A stretch of DNA of 64,000 nucleotides from Bacillota bacterium (GTDB taxonomy: Bacteria; Bacillota_I; Bacilli_A; RF39; UBA660), in the NCBI GenBank assembly GCA_015059365.1, contig SVAO01000003.1:3682-67681 (forward strand), read 5' to 3'. A program made the translations under genes and the position numbers. The notes under the pieces were generated by a model that saw only the letters and a list, made by a program, of their open reading frames with translations, ran no database searches and had not been told where the DNA came from. Below are positions 19,022 through 29,689 of the stretch, in pieces (the stretch's first letter is position 1; every line of letters starts with the position of its first letter).

Positions 19022-20017
19022 CTATTTACGATTAACAAAATTATATGAATCTCTGCACATATCTTCTATATTTTTTTCTGCTTGCCAATTTAATTTTTCT
19101 TTCGCATAACTAGGATCAGCATAACATGCATCTATATCCCCAGGACGTCTATCACAGATTTCATATGGAACATCAACTTTATTGACTTTTGAAAAAGTAT
19201 TAACTAATTCTAACACACTAAAACCATGTCCTGTTCCTAAATTATAAAAATCTATTCCATTATCCTTATCAATTTTTTCTAAAGCTTTCAAGTGTCCTAA
19301 AGCAAGATCAACTACATGAATATAATCTCTAACTCCCGTACCATCTACGGTATCATAGTCATTACCAAATATATTTAATTTTTGATATTCACCAGTAGCA
19401 ACTTTTATAATATAAGGCATTAAATTGTTAGGAATATCATTAGGATTTTCACCGATTAAGCCACTACTATGTGCACCAATTGGATTAAAGTATCTTAACA
19501 CTGCAATACTCCAATCCTTATCTGAAACATATATATCCCTTAAAATATTTTCAATCATTAATTTTGTTGCACCATATGGATTAGTAGTAGATAACGGAAA
19601 ATCTTCCTTTATAGGTAAACTCTTTGGTTTTCCATATACCGTAGCACTTGATGAAAAAACTAATTTTTTACAATTATACTCACCCATCACTTCCAATAAT
19701 GATAGCGTTGAATCTATATTATTACGATAATATTTTAGTGGAACCCTAACAGATTCACCAACAGCTTTTAATCCAGCAAAATGAATTACCGCATCAATAT
19801 TATTATCAGTAAATATTTGTCTTAAGATTTGTTTATCACAAACATCACCTTCATAAAAAGTAATTTCTTTACCTGTTATCTCTTTTATCTTATCTAATAC
19901 TTCAGGTTTAGAATTTATAAAATTGTCAATACAAACAACATCATAATTGTTATCTAATAATTCTACTATGGTATGAGAACCAATATATCCAGTTCCACCA
20001 GTCACTAACACTTTCAT
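19022..20017 (-). CDS. galE: UDP-glucose 4-epimerase
   Basis: GGTGYIGSH, HFAGLKAVGES, YGATK and RDYIHVVDLA. Confidence 0.96.
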   Translation of the reverse strand: MKVLVTGGTGYIGSHTIVELLDNNYDVVCIDNFINSKPEVLDKIKEITGKEITFYEGDVCDKQILRQIFTDNNIDAVIHFAGLKAVGESVRVPLKYYRNNIDSTLSLLEVMGEYNCKKLVFSSSATVYGKPKSLPIKEDFPLSTTNPYGATKLMIENILRDIYVSDKDWSIAVLRYFNPIGAHSSGLIGENPNDIPNNLMPYIIKVATGEYQKLNIFGNDYDTVDGTGVRDYIHVVDLALGHLKALEKIDKDNGIDFYNLGTGHGFSVLELVNTFSKVNKVDVPYEICDRRPGDIDACYADPSYAKEKLNWQAEKNIEDMCRDSYNFVNRK

Positions 20018-20075
20018 ATTTTCACCTCTATTTTATTATACCACGTATAACAAAAAAAGAGATTAAAAATCTCTT

Positions 20076-20756
20076 TCATCTAGGTAAAACCTCATATCCT
20101 GCTGTACCATTTATATGATTAATTACTTCAATTACATCTCTGTTATTAATCTTTCCATCCCTGGTAGTATCTGCTTGTTCAATATTAATAGAAACTTCAT
20201 ATCCTGATAAGTAATCTAAATACATTTGAACATCAGCTTCATCAACAACGCCGTCATCGTTTGCATCTCCACATCCTAATACTGAACTTACAGCAGTAGC
20301 ATCTGCAGAATAAGTAACTTTGTAATTTCCTACTACCATTACAGTTTTATCAGAATAAGTTAATGAATAACTACCTACAGTTGCATTTTTTTCTTCAGTA
20401 GATTTTTTTGCCACAGCACCATCAACTATTACAATTGTTCCTTTTTTAGGATGATCACCTTTTGTTTCTACAACTATTTTGTTTTCTTCATTACAAGTAT
20501 TGCCTGTTAAACATAAATTTCCATCAGAATCAATTTTATATGTACCATCTTCTACTACTTTTTGTTGAAGTCTAGCTGTTGCTATTGCAGTTTCTACCGC
20601 AGAAGCGTAATTTTCCGCACTCCTTTTAGCTGCTTCTTTTTGAGTATTTCCTATTAAATCCATAATTATTGGAGTTGCTATCAATGCTACTATAGCCAAC
20701 ACTACTATAACTGCCAATAACTCGATTAGTGTAAACGCCTTTTTCTTTTTCTTCAT
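20076..20756 (-). CDS. type IV pilin with C-terminal dockerin-like domain
   Basis: KKA/FTLIE prepilin motif; C-terminal GDANDDGVVDEAD..ADTTRDGKINNRD duplicated Ca-loop plus helix; start reassigned to MKKKKK. Confidence 0.85.
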   Translation of the reverse strand: MKKKKKAFTLIELLAVIVVLAIVALIATPIIMDLIGNTQKEAAKRSAENYASAVETAIATARLQQKVVEDGTYKIDSDGNLCLTGNTCNEENKIVVETKGDHPKKGTIVIVDGAVAKKSTEEKNATVGSYSLTYSDKTVMVVGNYKVTYSADATAVSSVLGCGDANDDGVVDEADVQMYLDYLSGYEVSINIEQADTTRDGKINNRDVIEVINHINGTAGYEVLPR

Positions 20757-20781
20757 TCTATCACTCCTATCATACAAGAAT

Positions 20782-20810
20782 ATTGTATTTTAATAAACTT
20801 GATTTGTCAA
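20782..20810 (-). promoter_or_regulatory. promoter of the pilin-dockerin gene
   Basis: TTGACA-N17-TACAAT. Confidence 0.75.
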
Positions 20811-20813
20811 TAG

Positions 20814-21806
20814 TCAGTCATTTAAGTTTAAATGGTTATATGCTTTTTCAGTAACAACTCGCCCACGATTAGTTCGTTTAAGAAAACCTTGTTGTAATAA
20901 ATAAGGTTCATAAACATCTTCTATTGTAGACTGTTCTTCCCCTATCGAAGAAGCCAATGCTTCAATACCAACTGGTCCACCATTAAATCTTTCAATAATT
21001 GCCCTTAATAAATTATAATCTGTTTCATCTAAACCCAAACTATCAACTTTTAATTTATCAAGTGCAATTTTAGTTATCTTTAAATCAATTATTCCATTTC
21101 CCATTACCAATGCATAATCTCTAACTCTTTTAAATAACCTATTTGCAATACGAGGAGTCCCCCTACTTCTTCTTGCTAACTCAATAGCAGCTTTATCATC
21201 TATTTCACAATCAAGAACACGACTTGTCCTTTTAACAATCTCAGTCAACTCATCATCCGTATAATAATTTAATTTGGATACAATCCCAAAGCGATCACGT
21301 AAAGGTCCAGTTAAATCCCCTGCTCTAGTGGTTGCTCCAACCAAAGTAAATGGTGGCAAATTTATCTTAATATTTCGACTAGAAGCATCATTTCCAACAA
21401 TAATATCTAAAGTAAAATCTTCCATTGCTGAATAAAGGATTTCCTCTATATATCTAGGAATTCGATGAATTTCATCAATAAATAAAACATCGCCCGGTTC
21501 TAAACTGGAAAGAAGTGCTGCCAAATCCCCACTTTTTTCAATTGCCGGACCACTAGATGTCTTTATGTTACTTCTCATTTCATTAGCAATAATAAATGCC
21601 AACGTGGTCTTTCCTAATCCTGGTGGCCCATATAATAAAACATGATCTAATGACTCTTCCCTCATCTTAGCCGCTTTAATAAAAACCGATAAATTTTCTT
21701 TAACCTCTTTTTGACCAATATACTCATCCAAACTGTCAGGACGAATATTTTGTTCAAATGTATCTTCTGCTAATTCATGATTAGTTATAATTCTATCTTC
21801 TTCCAT
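20814..21806 (-). CDS. ruvB: Holliday junction helicase RuvB
   Basis: [21 protein letters not shown] and [10 protein letters not shown]. Confidence 0.97.
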   Translation of the reverse strand: MEEDRIITNHELAEDTFEQNIRPDSLDEYIGQKEVKENLSVFIKAAKMREESLDHVLLYGPPGLGKTTLAFIIANEMRSNIKTSSGPAIEKSGDLAALLSSLEPGDVLFIDEIHRIPRYIEEILYSAMEDFTLDIIVGNDASSRNIKINLPPFTLVGATTRAGDLTGPLRDRFGIVSKLNYYTDDELTEIVKRTSRVLDCEIDDKAAIELARRSRGTPRIANRLFKRVRDYALVMGNGIIDLKITKIALDKLKVDSLGLDETDYNLLRAIIERFNGGPVGIEALASSIGEEQSTIEDVYEPYLLQQGFLKRTNRGRVVTEKAYNHLNLND

Positions 21807-21825
21807 TTTGACTTCCTTTCATAAA

Positions 21826-22380
21826 CTATTTTAGCAATAATCTTAACGCTTCTTTTATTTGACCTTCAACTTTGTCTTCTTTAATATTAGGTAATATTTT
21901 ATTAATATCTCCACTTTTATAACCTAATGACTTTAGTGCTTCTATCAATTCAGAATAATCTTTGTTTGGCGTAATTTCTATAGTTGAACTTACCAATTTA
22001 CCTTTTAAATCCAAAATTATTTGACGTGCAACTTTATCGCCAATTTTAGGAAATTTTTTTAAATATAAAACATTTTCTCTCTCAATAGCATCAACAATCC
22101 CCTCTATTGAACCTGTTGCTAAAATCGGAAGAGCCATTTTACATCCTAAACCTTTAACTTCAATTAATTTTAAAAATAAATCTTTTTCTTCTTTAGTTTT
22201 AAAACCATATAAACTAATTTCATCTTCACGCACCAATTGATATAAAAAAACTTTATAGTCTTCATTTATAAGGAAAGAATATGGATTAGGTGTATAAATC
22301 TGATATCCTATCCCATTATTCTCTAATATTATGTTATTACTACCTATTTCAGTTACTAATCCAACTATATATGAATACAT
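21826..22380 (-). CDS. ruvA: Holliday junction DNA-binding protein RuvA
   Basis: VREDEISLYGF and HhH motifs VKGLGCK and FPKIGDK; start reassigned to MYSYI. Confidence 0.95.
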   Translation of the reverse strand: MYSYIVGLVTEIGSNNIILENNGIGYQIYTPNPYSFLINEDYKVFLYQLVREDEISLYGFKTKEEKDLFLKLIEVKGLGCKMALPILATGSIEGIVDAIERENVLYLKKFPKIGDKVARQIILDLKGKLVSSTIEITPNKDYSELIEALKSLGYKSGDINKILPNIKEDKVEGQIKEALRLLLK

Positions 22381-22395
22381 ATTATCACCATTACT

Positions 22396-22424
22396 ATTAT
22401 AGCAAACATTTGTTTTGTGAGCAA
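22396..22424 (-). promoter_or_regulatory. ruvAB promoter with SOS(LexA)-like box in the spacer
   Basis: TTGCTC-N17-TATAAT; AAAC-N4-GTTT at 22404-22415 (Gram-positive consensus GAAC-N4-GTTC). Confidence 0.55.
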
Positions 22425-22450
22425 GAAAAAAAACAAACATTTTAAAATGC

Positions 22451-22756
22451 TTATTTTTTATGAAAAAAAGTTCTTATTATATAACACTCAAATATAATCA
22501 TTATTCCTACATAAATCCAAATTAATACATTTTCTAGCGTACTAGAAGTATATTTTTCAATAATTGCCGGAATACTATTTGGAAAATATTTAATAAAAAA
22601 GTGAGCAACATCTCCTGTAAACAAATGAACTTTTAGATAAGCTATTAATCTTAGAAATATATCCACCACAGCTATGGAATAAACAAAACCACCAAAAGTT
22701 CTTTTAACAAAAAATACAATAGTTCCTATTATAGCCATCAATATTACTACTTCCAT
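22451..22756 (-). CDS. hypothetical membrane protein
   Basis: 101 aa with hydrophobic segments, translationally coupled. Confidence 0.65.
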   Translation of the reverse strand: MEVVILMAIIGTIVFFVKRTFGGFVYSIAVVDIFLRLIAYLKVHLFTGDVAHFFIKYFPNSIPAIIEKYTSSTLENVLIWIYVGIMIIFECYIIRTFFHKK

Positions 22757-23118
22757 TATTTCTGCACCTTTCCAACTTTATCTTTTTGTTCATTTTTCTG
22801 ATATAAGTAATCACTGTCATAATTCAACATATGAAATCCAATATCTTCCAAATTTAAATTTAAATCTCTTCTAATTAATATTCCATTAATTTCTGGATTT
22901 TTACTATAAAAAGATTTACTAAAAAGTTTAATAATTTTTGTTAATTCTGCCTTTGTGCAATAAGTTTGTACAGTAACATTAAATAATACATCATCATTTA
23001 TCTCCCTTGTCTCAATAACTGCCTTACTAACACTCTTTATTGAAATTAAATGAAAATTAGGATTTTCAGGCATCGTCATTACCCTCATATTTGTTTTTTC
23101 ATCAAGAATTTCAAACAT
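22756..23118 (-). CDS. hypothetical protein
   Basis: 120 aa, RBS GGAGG, tightly packed in the operon. Confidence 0.65.
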   Translation of the reverse strand: MFEILDEKTNMRVMTMPENPNFHLISIKSVSKAVIETREINDDVLFNVTVQTYCTKAELTKIIKLFSKSFYSKNPEINGILIRRDLNLNLEDIGFHMLNYDSDYLYQKNEQKDKVGKVQK

Positions 23119-23119
23119 A

Positions 23120-23776
23120 CTATTTACCTCCTATCCTAATTGTTATTATATATTCTTCATAATTCAAATCTTTTTGTTTAGCATAATCACTAAAATCTAA
23201 TTCTATTTTTTCTTTACCATAAAAATTTATTACAAAAGTTACTTCTTCCATTTCAAAAATATCATTAATATTCAAATTATAACTAACTTTTCCATCTTTA
23301 GAAATCGGTTCTAAATCTTTAATATAATCTTCAATTTTATCTATAGTTATTTTATTAAGTGGGATTATTAAATCTGTATTTTGAGTTAGGTCAACCTTTG
23401 TTAGAGTAGTTTCATTTTCCAAATAAACACTATCAGCAACAATAATATAATTATCACCATTGTAAGTAAAAGAATTAATATTACTAGTTACATTACCCAT
23501 AATTAAAGGATTACCACCATTAAGCGAAATTTCGTAAGAATAATTATTTAAAGTTTGTAAAAATTCTGAAACATTAATATTTTCATCTTGTTTATTTAAA
23601 TTATTATTTTGTTCATTATAATCCATTCTAAACGATGTAATTACTACAAAGAAAAATATAAAATAAATTATCAACCAAAATATAGAACGATATCTTTTAT
23701 TAACCCATAATCCTTTTAATAGACTAAGTGCTTCATTATCTTCAATTTCCTTATTTATTTTTTCTTTTAACTTCAT
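23120..23776 (-). CDS. hypothetical membrane-anchored protein
   Basis: 218 aa with a single TM near aa 30-47. Confidence 0.65.
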   Translation of the reverse strand: MKLKEKINKEIEDNEALSLLKGLWVNKRYRSIFWLIIYFIFFFVVITSFRMDYNEQNNNLNKQDENINVSEFLQTLNNYSYEISLNGGNPLIMGNVTSNINSFTYNGDNYIIVADSVYLENETTLTKVDLTQNTDLIIPLNKITIDKIEDYIKDLEPISKDGKVSYNLNINDIFEMEEVTFVINFYGKEKIELDFSDYAKQKDLNYEEYIITIRIGGK

Positions 23777-23784
23777 CTATTCAC

Positions 23785-24750
23785 CTAATTTAATATCTTT
23801 CCTACTAGTTTTTCTTTATTTGCTAAACCATTAATAAAATCTACAGAACGCATTTTCTTCTTACCTTCGGGCTGAACCATTGTAAATATAATTTCCCCAT
23901 TGTGAACTTTAACCCCAAAACCATCTTCATACAAAGCAGTAATTTGACCATCTAACAAACCAGAATTATAAATTTCTCCTTCACGGCATTCCCAAACCTT
24001 AAAGATTTTTCCTTCAAACAAGCAATAAGCTCCAGGCCAAGAATTAAGACCACGTACCAAATTATATATTTCCCTTTTTGTTTTTGAAAAATCTATTTTT
24101 TCATCTTCACGTTTAATAGTTAAACCAAATGTTACCTTACTACTATCCTGTTTTGTTCTTGTACTAGTACCATCAATAATAGAAGGTAAAGTTTTTAAAA
24201 GTAAATCTCTTCCTAAAATGCTTAATTTATCATGCAAAGTAGAGGCTGTATCATCAATATTTATATCTATCTCTTCTTGAGTAATTATATCACCATCATC
24301 CATACCTACTCCCATATGCATTATAGTTACCCCTGTCTTTTTATGACCTTGAATAATAGCACGATGAATTGGAGCTCCACCTCGAAGACGTGGTAATAAT
24401 GACGCATGAACATTAATACATCCTAAACGTGGACAATCCAAAATTTCTTTTGGTAATATTTGACCATAAGCACACGTAATAATTAAATCTGGTTCTAATG
24501 ATGTAATCATATCTATATTATTCTTAATTTTTTCAGGTTGCAAAACTAAAATAGTATTATCTAAACCTACCTTTTTAATTGGACTAAAAGACAATTCTCC
24601 ATGCCTTCCAATAGGACGATCTGGTTGAGTTACTATTGCCCGTATTTTATAATTTTCAAGTAACCCTTTTAAAACAGGAACACTAAATTCAGGAGTTCCC
24701 ATAAAAATTATTTTTAATTCATGTTCAACTTTAACATCTTCTAAATTCAT
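23785..24750 (-). CDS. fmt: methionyl-tRNA formyltransferase
   Basis: FMGTPEF, VTQPDRP and INVHASLLPRLRGGAPI. Confidence 0.96.
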   Translation of the reverse strand: MNLEDVKVEHELKIIFMGTPEFSVPVLKGLLENYKIRAIVTQPDRPIGRHGELSFSPIKKVGLDNTILVLQPEKIKNNIDMITSLEPDLIITCAYGQILPKEILDCPRLGCINVHASLLPRLRGGAPIHRAIIQGHKKTGVTIMHMGVGMDDGDIITQEEIDINIDDTASTLHDKLSILGRDLLLKTLPSIIDGTSTRTKQDSSKVTFGLTIKREDEKIDFSKTKREIYNLVRGLNSWPGAYCLFEGKIFKVWECREGEIYNSGLLDGQITALYEDGFGVKVHNGEIIFTMVQPEGKKKMRSVDFINGLANKEKLVGKILN

Positions 24751-24794
24751 ATAATCACCCTTGTTTATATTTTATCATATATTTATGATTTTTG

Positions 24795-26969
24795 TTATAT
24801 TTGATTAGGATTTAAATAAATATCAATATTTATTTTATTATTATCAGAATATTGTTTTTTAATAAAATCAAATAAAGGTAAAACTTCATCAGATTTTTTA
24901 TACTTTAAAATAATATTCATATAATAAACATTATTAAGTTTTGGTATATTAGAATTACTTGGTCCTAATATAGTTAATCCAGAAACAATATTGTTTTTCA
25001 AATAATTAGCAATTTTGTTAGATTCTAAAATTACTAAATTATAATCTTTTCCATAAATTTTAATTTGTGTAAGATTACAATATGGAGGATATTTTAATGC
25101 CTTTCTAATAGCCATCTCTTCATTATAAAAAGCATAATAATCATGACTTGCAGCATATTGAATACTATAATGCTCTATATTAAAGCCTTGGATAATTACA
25201 CTCCCAGACTTTTCCCCTCTTCCTGCCCGACCGGCTACTTGATTTAATAATTGATATGTTCTTTCTGCACTTCTAAAATCAGGAATGTTTAATGATGCAT
25301 CACCGCTAACCACTCCAACTAGTGTAACATCTGGAAAATCTAAACCTTTAGCAATCATTTGAGTTCCAATCAAAATGTTATATTCCTTATTTTTAAAACT
25401 ATTAATAATTTTTTCATGTGAACCTTTACCAGTTGTTGTATCTACATCCATTCTAATAGTTTTACTATTTTTTATATTGTCATTAATCCATTCTTCTAAC
25501 TTTTCTGTTCCCATACCAAAATAACTAATTTCAGTACTTTTACAAGAAGGACAGACTGTTATTTTACGACTACCATAACCACAATAATGGCATCTCATAG
25601 TATTAGATGATTTATGAAATGTAAGAGGAATATCACAATTTGGACACTTACTAGTATATCCACAACTATTGCATGTTAAAATGGTTGAAAACCCTCTCCT
25701 ATTTAATAAAATTACTGCTTGTTCATCATTTTCTATTGCTTTTTCTAATCTATTAATTAGTTCTTCACATAAAACTCTATTACCTTTTCTAATTTCATCT
25801 TTCATATCAACCAACAACACATCAGGAAGTTTACTATTTACCCTCGTTTTTAATTCTAACAATTCATAAATTCCTGTTTTTGCCCGAGTAAAACTCTCAA
25901 CAGAAGGGGTAGCACTGCCTAATATAAGCGGTATATTATAATTCCTTGCTCTAAAAAGAGCTATATCTATTGCGTTATAATGGGGATTATTTTCTTGTTT
26001 ATATGTTGGAGTATGTTCCTCATCAATAATAATTATACCTAAATTAGTAAGTGGAGCAAAAATAGCACTACGAGCACCTATTACTATTGATACCTCTTTC
26101 CTTATTATTTTTCTCCACTCATCATATTTTTCACCATCACTTAATCGACTATGTAAAACCGCTATATTGGAACCAAAACGATTCTCAAATTGAGAAATAA
26201 GTTGAGGAGTTAAACTTATTTCTGGAACCAAAACTAAAGCTTCCTTTTTTTGTTTTAAAACATCAGCAATAATATGCATATAAACTTCAGTCTTACCACT
26301 GCCAGTTACCCCGTGGAGAAGAAACGGTTTAAAAGTATTTATATTGTTTATTACAGTATTTACTACTTTTTCTTGTTCATTAGTTAATTTTTTAGGTTTT
26401 TCTAAGTCACTTACTTGTTTATTTAAACGATAAACTTCTTCTTTAATTTCTTTTATATACCCTTTTTCTAATAAAACTTTAACTGAATATTCAGATATCT
26501 TATTAGCATCACTCTTTAAAATCCTCTTATTTTTATTTATAATATTTAAAATTTCTATTTGCTTATTACTTTTAACTAACGAAAAATCATTATTGTTTAG
26601 TATCAAATAATTATTATATTTTTTTGGAACTACCTTGCCTTTTTTTGCCTTTAAAGCTACAGGAAGCATAGCTTGATAAGCAGTGATTAAATTACACAAC
26701 GTTTTTTTACTAACATATTTCCCCAGTTCTAACAATTCACTATTTAAAACTGGTTCTTCATCAATAACATCAATTATATCTTTTAATTTATAGTCAAATT
26801 CATTAATTGCATTTATTTTTAAAACAAATCCTTCTAACCTTTGTTTTCCAAATGGAACTAAAACTCTAATTCCTACTTTGACTAAATCTACAAAATCAGA
26901 CGGTATAGAATATGTAAATGTTTTGTCTATATTTTTACTTTTTAATTCTACTAAAACTTCACAATTCAT
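24795..26969 (-). CDS. priA: primosomal protein N' helicase
   Basis: GVTGSGKTEVY, LVPEISLTPQ, DEEH, Zn-binding Cys clusters and QVAGRAGR. Confidence 0.96.
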   Translation of the reverse strand: MNCEVLVELKSKNIDKTFTYSIPSDFVDLVKVGIRVLVPFGKQRLEGFVLKINAINEFDYKLKDIIDVIDEEPVLNSELLELGKYVSKKTLCNLITAYQAMLPVALKAKKGKVVPKKYNNYLILNNNDFSLVKSNKQIEILNIINKNKRILKSDANKISEYSVKVLLEKGYIKEIKEEVYRLNKQVSDLEKPKKLTNEQEKVVNTVINNINTFKPFLLHGVTGSGKTEVYMHIIADVLKQKKEALVLVPEISLTPQLISQFENRFGSNIAVLHSRLSDGEKYDEWRKIIRKEVSIVIGARSAIFAPLTNLGIIIIDEEHTPTYKQENNPHYNAIDIALFRARNYNIPLILGSATPSVESFTRAKTGIYELLELKTRVNSKLPDVLLVDMKDEIRKGNRVLCEELINRLEKAIENDEQAVILLNRRGFSTILTCNSCGYTSKCPNCDIPLTFHKSSNTMRCHYCGYGSRKITVCPSCKSTEISYFGMGTEKLEEWINDNIKNSKTIRMDVDTTTGKGSHEKIINSFKNKEYNILIGTQMIAKGLDFPDVTLVGVVSGDASLNIPDFRSAERTYQLLNQVAGRAGRGEKSGSVIIQGFNIEHYSIQYAASHDYYAFYNEEMAIRKALKYPPYCNLTQIKIYGKDYNLVILESNKIANYLKNNIVSGLTILGPSNSNIPKLNNVYYMNIILKYKKSDEVLPLFDFIKKQYSDNNKINIDIYLNPNQI

Positions 26970-27071
26970 CCTACCACTTCCTATATAAAGTATACCACAA
27001 ATAATACCTATTTCTTTTAAATTAATTTACTTTTTATTATTTTCAGATATAATATAGCTCAGGTGATACTT

Positions 27072-27332
27072 ATGGATTTTATTTTTGAAATAATTGGAGA
27101 AATATTATTCGAAGGTTTGTTTGAAATCATAAAAAATAAAAACATAAACAAATGGATTCGTTATCCAATTATAACCATAATTATTTGTTTTTACTTGTTT
27201 ATCATTGGAATTTTTCTATATCTAGGATTTGATTTATTAAAAAATAATATACTAATAAGTATGGTTATATTCTTAATAGTAATATTTTTAATTATCGCTA
27301 TTATAATTGTCACAAAAAAACATTTGAGATAA
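27072..27332 (+). CDS. small hypothetical membrane protein
   Basis: RBS AGGTGA before ATG 27072; two TM helices; plus-strand orphan. Confidence 0.55.
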   Translation: MDFIFEIIGEILFEGLFEIIKNKNINKWIRYPIITIIICFYLFIIGIFLYLGFDLLKNNILISMVIFLIVIFLIIAIIIVTKKHLR

Positions 27333-27347
27333 CTCAAATGTTTTTTC

Positions 27348-28595
27348 TTATTCACCTTTTAAAATATCAATTGCAGCACGCATTTTTAAATCATATTTAA
27401 TCATTTCAATACCACCAAACGCTTTTAAAAATTCATCTTTAGGCATTTGATAACGTTCTGCTAAAGTGTCTGCCTCAGCTTCTGCTTTTTCATCAGAAAT
27501 TTCAATTTTCTCAACATTAGCAATTTCTTCAAGCATTAATCTATAAGTTACACGTTTAACAGCTTCATCTTTCATTTGATCTTTTAATGCACTTTCATCA
27601 GAATTTGTAAATTGATAGAATTGTTCTAATGTTATTCCTTGCATTTTTAAATTTTCTTCATATTGTTTTAAAATACGATCTTGTTCTTCACTAATCATTA
27701 CTTCTGGAATTTCAACTTCAACATTTTTACTAGCTGCTTCTAATAATTCATCAATATATTTATTATCAGCTTCTGCTTCACGATGAGCCTTAATGTTTTC
27801 TTTAACTTGATTTTCTAATGATTCTTTAGAATCAATTCCTTCCATACCTAAATCTTCAAAAAATTCTTTATCTAATTCAGGAATTTTAACTTCTTTTATA
27901 TCATTAACTTTTACCTTAAATACTACTGGAGCACCCTTTAATTCTTCACTGTGATAATCTTCTGGAAAAGTAACATTAATATCTTTTTCTTCTCCCTTAG
28001 TCATTCCAACAAGTTGTTCTTCAAATCCAGGAATAAATGTGTTTGAACCAATAGTCAAAGAATAATTTTCACCTTTTCCACCTTCAAAAGCAACCCCATC
28101 TTTAAATCCTTCAAAATCTATAATGGCAATATCTCCATTAGCAACTTGTCCATCTTTTACAACATTTTCTGCATAATGACTACGTAAGTGTTCAATTTCA
28201 TGTTCTATTTCTTCTTTTGTTACTTTAATGCTTTCCTTTTTTACACCTAGACCTTTATATTTTCCCAATTTTACTTCTGGTTTTAAAGTTAAAGTAAATG
28301 TAAACTCAACACCAGTTTCATCAATTGATTTTAAAGCAATGTCAGGTTGAGCAACAATCTCTAAATCTTTATTATCTTCAAAAACTTGATGATAAGCCTT
28401 GTCTAAAACTATATCTGCAGCATCCATGTAAAGTGATTCTTTACCATATTTCTTTAAAAATACATCTTTAGGTGCCTTTCCTGGACGGAACCCATCAATT
28501 TTTGCTTTAGCATTTGCTTTAGTAAATGCTTTATCTAAAGCTTCTTCCCATTCTTGTCCTTCTATTTTTATATTTATTTCTTTTATATTTTTCAT
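27348..28595 (-). CDS. tig: trigger factor
   Basis: IDGFRPGKAP and FKBP domain FIPGFEEQL; start reassigned to MKNIKE. Confidence 0.96.
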   Translation of the reverse strand: MKNIKEINIKIEGQEWEEALDKAFTKANAKAKIDGFRPGKAPKDVFLKKYGKESLYMDAADIVLDKAYHQVFEDNKDLEIVAQPDIALKSIDETGVEFTFTLTLKPEVKLGKYKGLGVKKESIKVTKEEIEHEIEHLRSHYAENVVKDGQVANGDIAIIDFEGFKDGVAFEGGKGENYSLTIGSNTFIPGFEEQLVGMTKGEEKDINVTFPEDYHSEELKGAPVVFKVKVNDIKEVKIPELDKEFFEDLGMEGIDSKESLENQVKENIKAHREAEADNKYIDELLEAASKNVEVEIPEVMISEEQDRILKQYEENLKMQGITLEQFYQFTNSDESALKDQMKDEAVKRVTYRLMLEEIANVEKIEISDEKAEAEADTLAERYQMPKDEFLKAFGGIEMIKYDLKMRAAIDILKGE

Positions 28596-28811
28596 TTTCT
28601 TCCTCCAATTCATTAACTAGTATATAATAAATATTACGTTTTTTCAAGCATTAATTCAATCAAGTAATAAGTAATTATAAATATAATATATCTATATACT
28701 CATTAATAAAATTACTCCTATTACCTTATTCATATTTTCACAATAATTTATAAAATACTTAAATATTATTTTTACATAAAAAAATTCACAAAAGTGAATT
28801 TTTGTTTCATA

Positions 28812-29087
28812 TTATCTTCTAATTGATACTTGCTCTGATTTAGCCATAAATTCTCTAAATTCTTTAACTGATGGATTTTCTGTTTTTTGACCACCTATTG
28901 TTATATTATTATAAACCATAAAACTATCTATAGCGTTTAACTGTTCTTTAGTTAAAGTGCATGGTTCAATCAGCTTAATAAACGCACGTTGAATTTCATC
29001 TTGATTCCAAACATTTTCACCTGTTGTTCTACTTGTTTTAGAACAATAATTTAAAGTTTCATTAAATTTAGTAAAAGTTATTCCCAT
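28812..29087 (-). CDS. hypothetical protein
   Basis: 91 aa, coupled to the upstream gene. Confidence 0.55.
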   Translation of the reverse strand: MGITFTKFNETLNYCSKTSRTTGENVWNQDEIQRAFIKLIEPCTLTKEQLNAIDSFMVYNNITIGGQKTENPSVKEFREFMAKSEQVSIRR

Positions 29088-29632
29088 TATAATTCAACCC
29101 CCGCCTTTGCTAAAGCATTTAATAATATTCTAGGATCATTATTAAAATACGATTCAAAAAGATTTTCATTACCTACAACTACACCAATCATATTTGCCAT
29201 AATTGCTTCATTTGGATAAATCAATTTTTCGCCTTTATTTCCTACTAAATAATTGGCTAAAATCTCTGTGTAACCAATATTTAAAGCCTCAAACTTATCA
29301 TCAGAATTAAATCCAACTTGAACCTTGTTACAAGATATAATATTAAGTAATTCAAACATTAATATATGTCTAAAGTCATAATCATCATTCATGCAAGATT
29401 GATTGAAATATAAAACATTATGTCTATAATCATATGTTGAAATATCACCACTAAAAAACTTACTAGACTTCTTAATTTTCAAAGTCTTCAAATGACTCTC
29501 TAGATTATCAAGCCCAACATTTGGAAATTTATGGTTAAAAATCACTATCAACTCAAATAAATTATCTTTTATTTCTCTTGTAATGTCACTATTCGATTCT
29601 AATATATTCTTAACACTATCTAGACTAGCCAT
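29087..29632 (-). CDS. degenerate zincin-like protein
   Basis: RHILMFELLN at the HExxH position and ALNIGYTE at the NEGxTE position. Confidence 0.5.
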   Translation of the reverse strand: MASLDSVKNILESNSDITREIKDNLFELIVIFNHKFPNVGLDNLESHLKTLKIKKSSKFFSGDISTYDYRHNVLYFNQSCMNDDYDFRHILMFELLNIISCNKVQVGFNSDDKFEALNIGYTEILANYLVGNKGEKLIYPNEAIMANMIGVVVGNENLFESYFNNDPRILLNALAKAGVEL

Positions 29633-29689
29633 ATTATCACCTACAATCATTTTATCATAATTTTTATTTTATGTACATAAAAATTTCCC

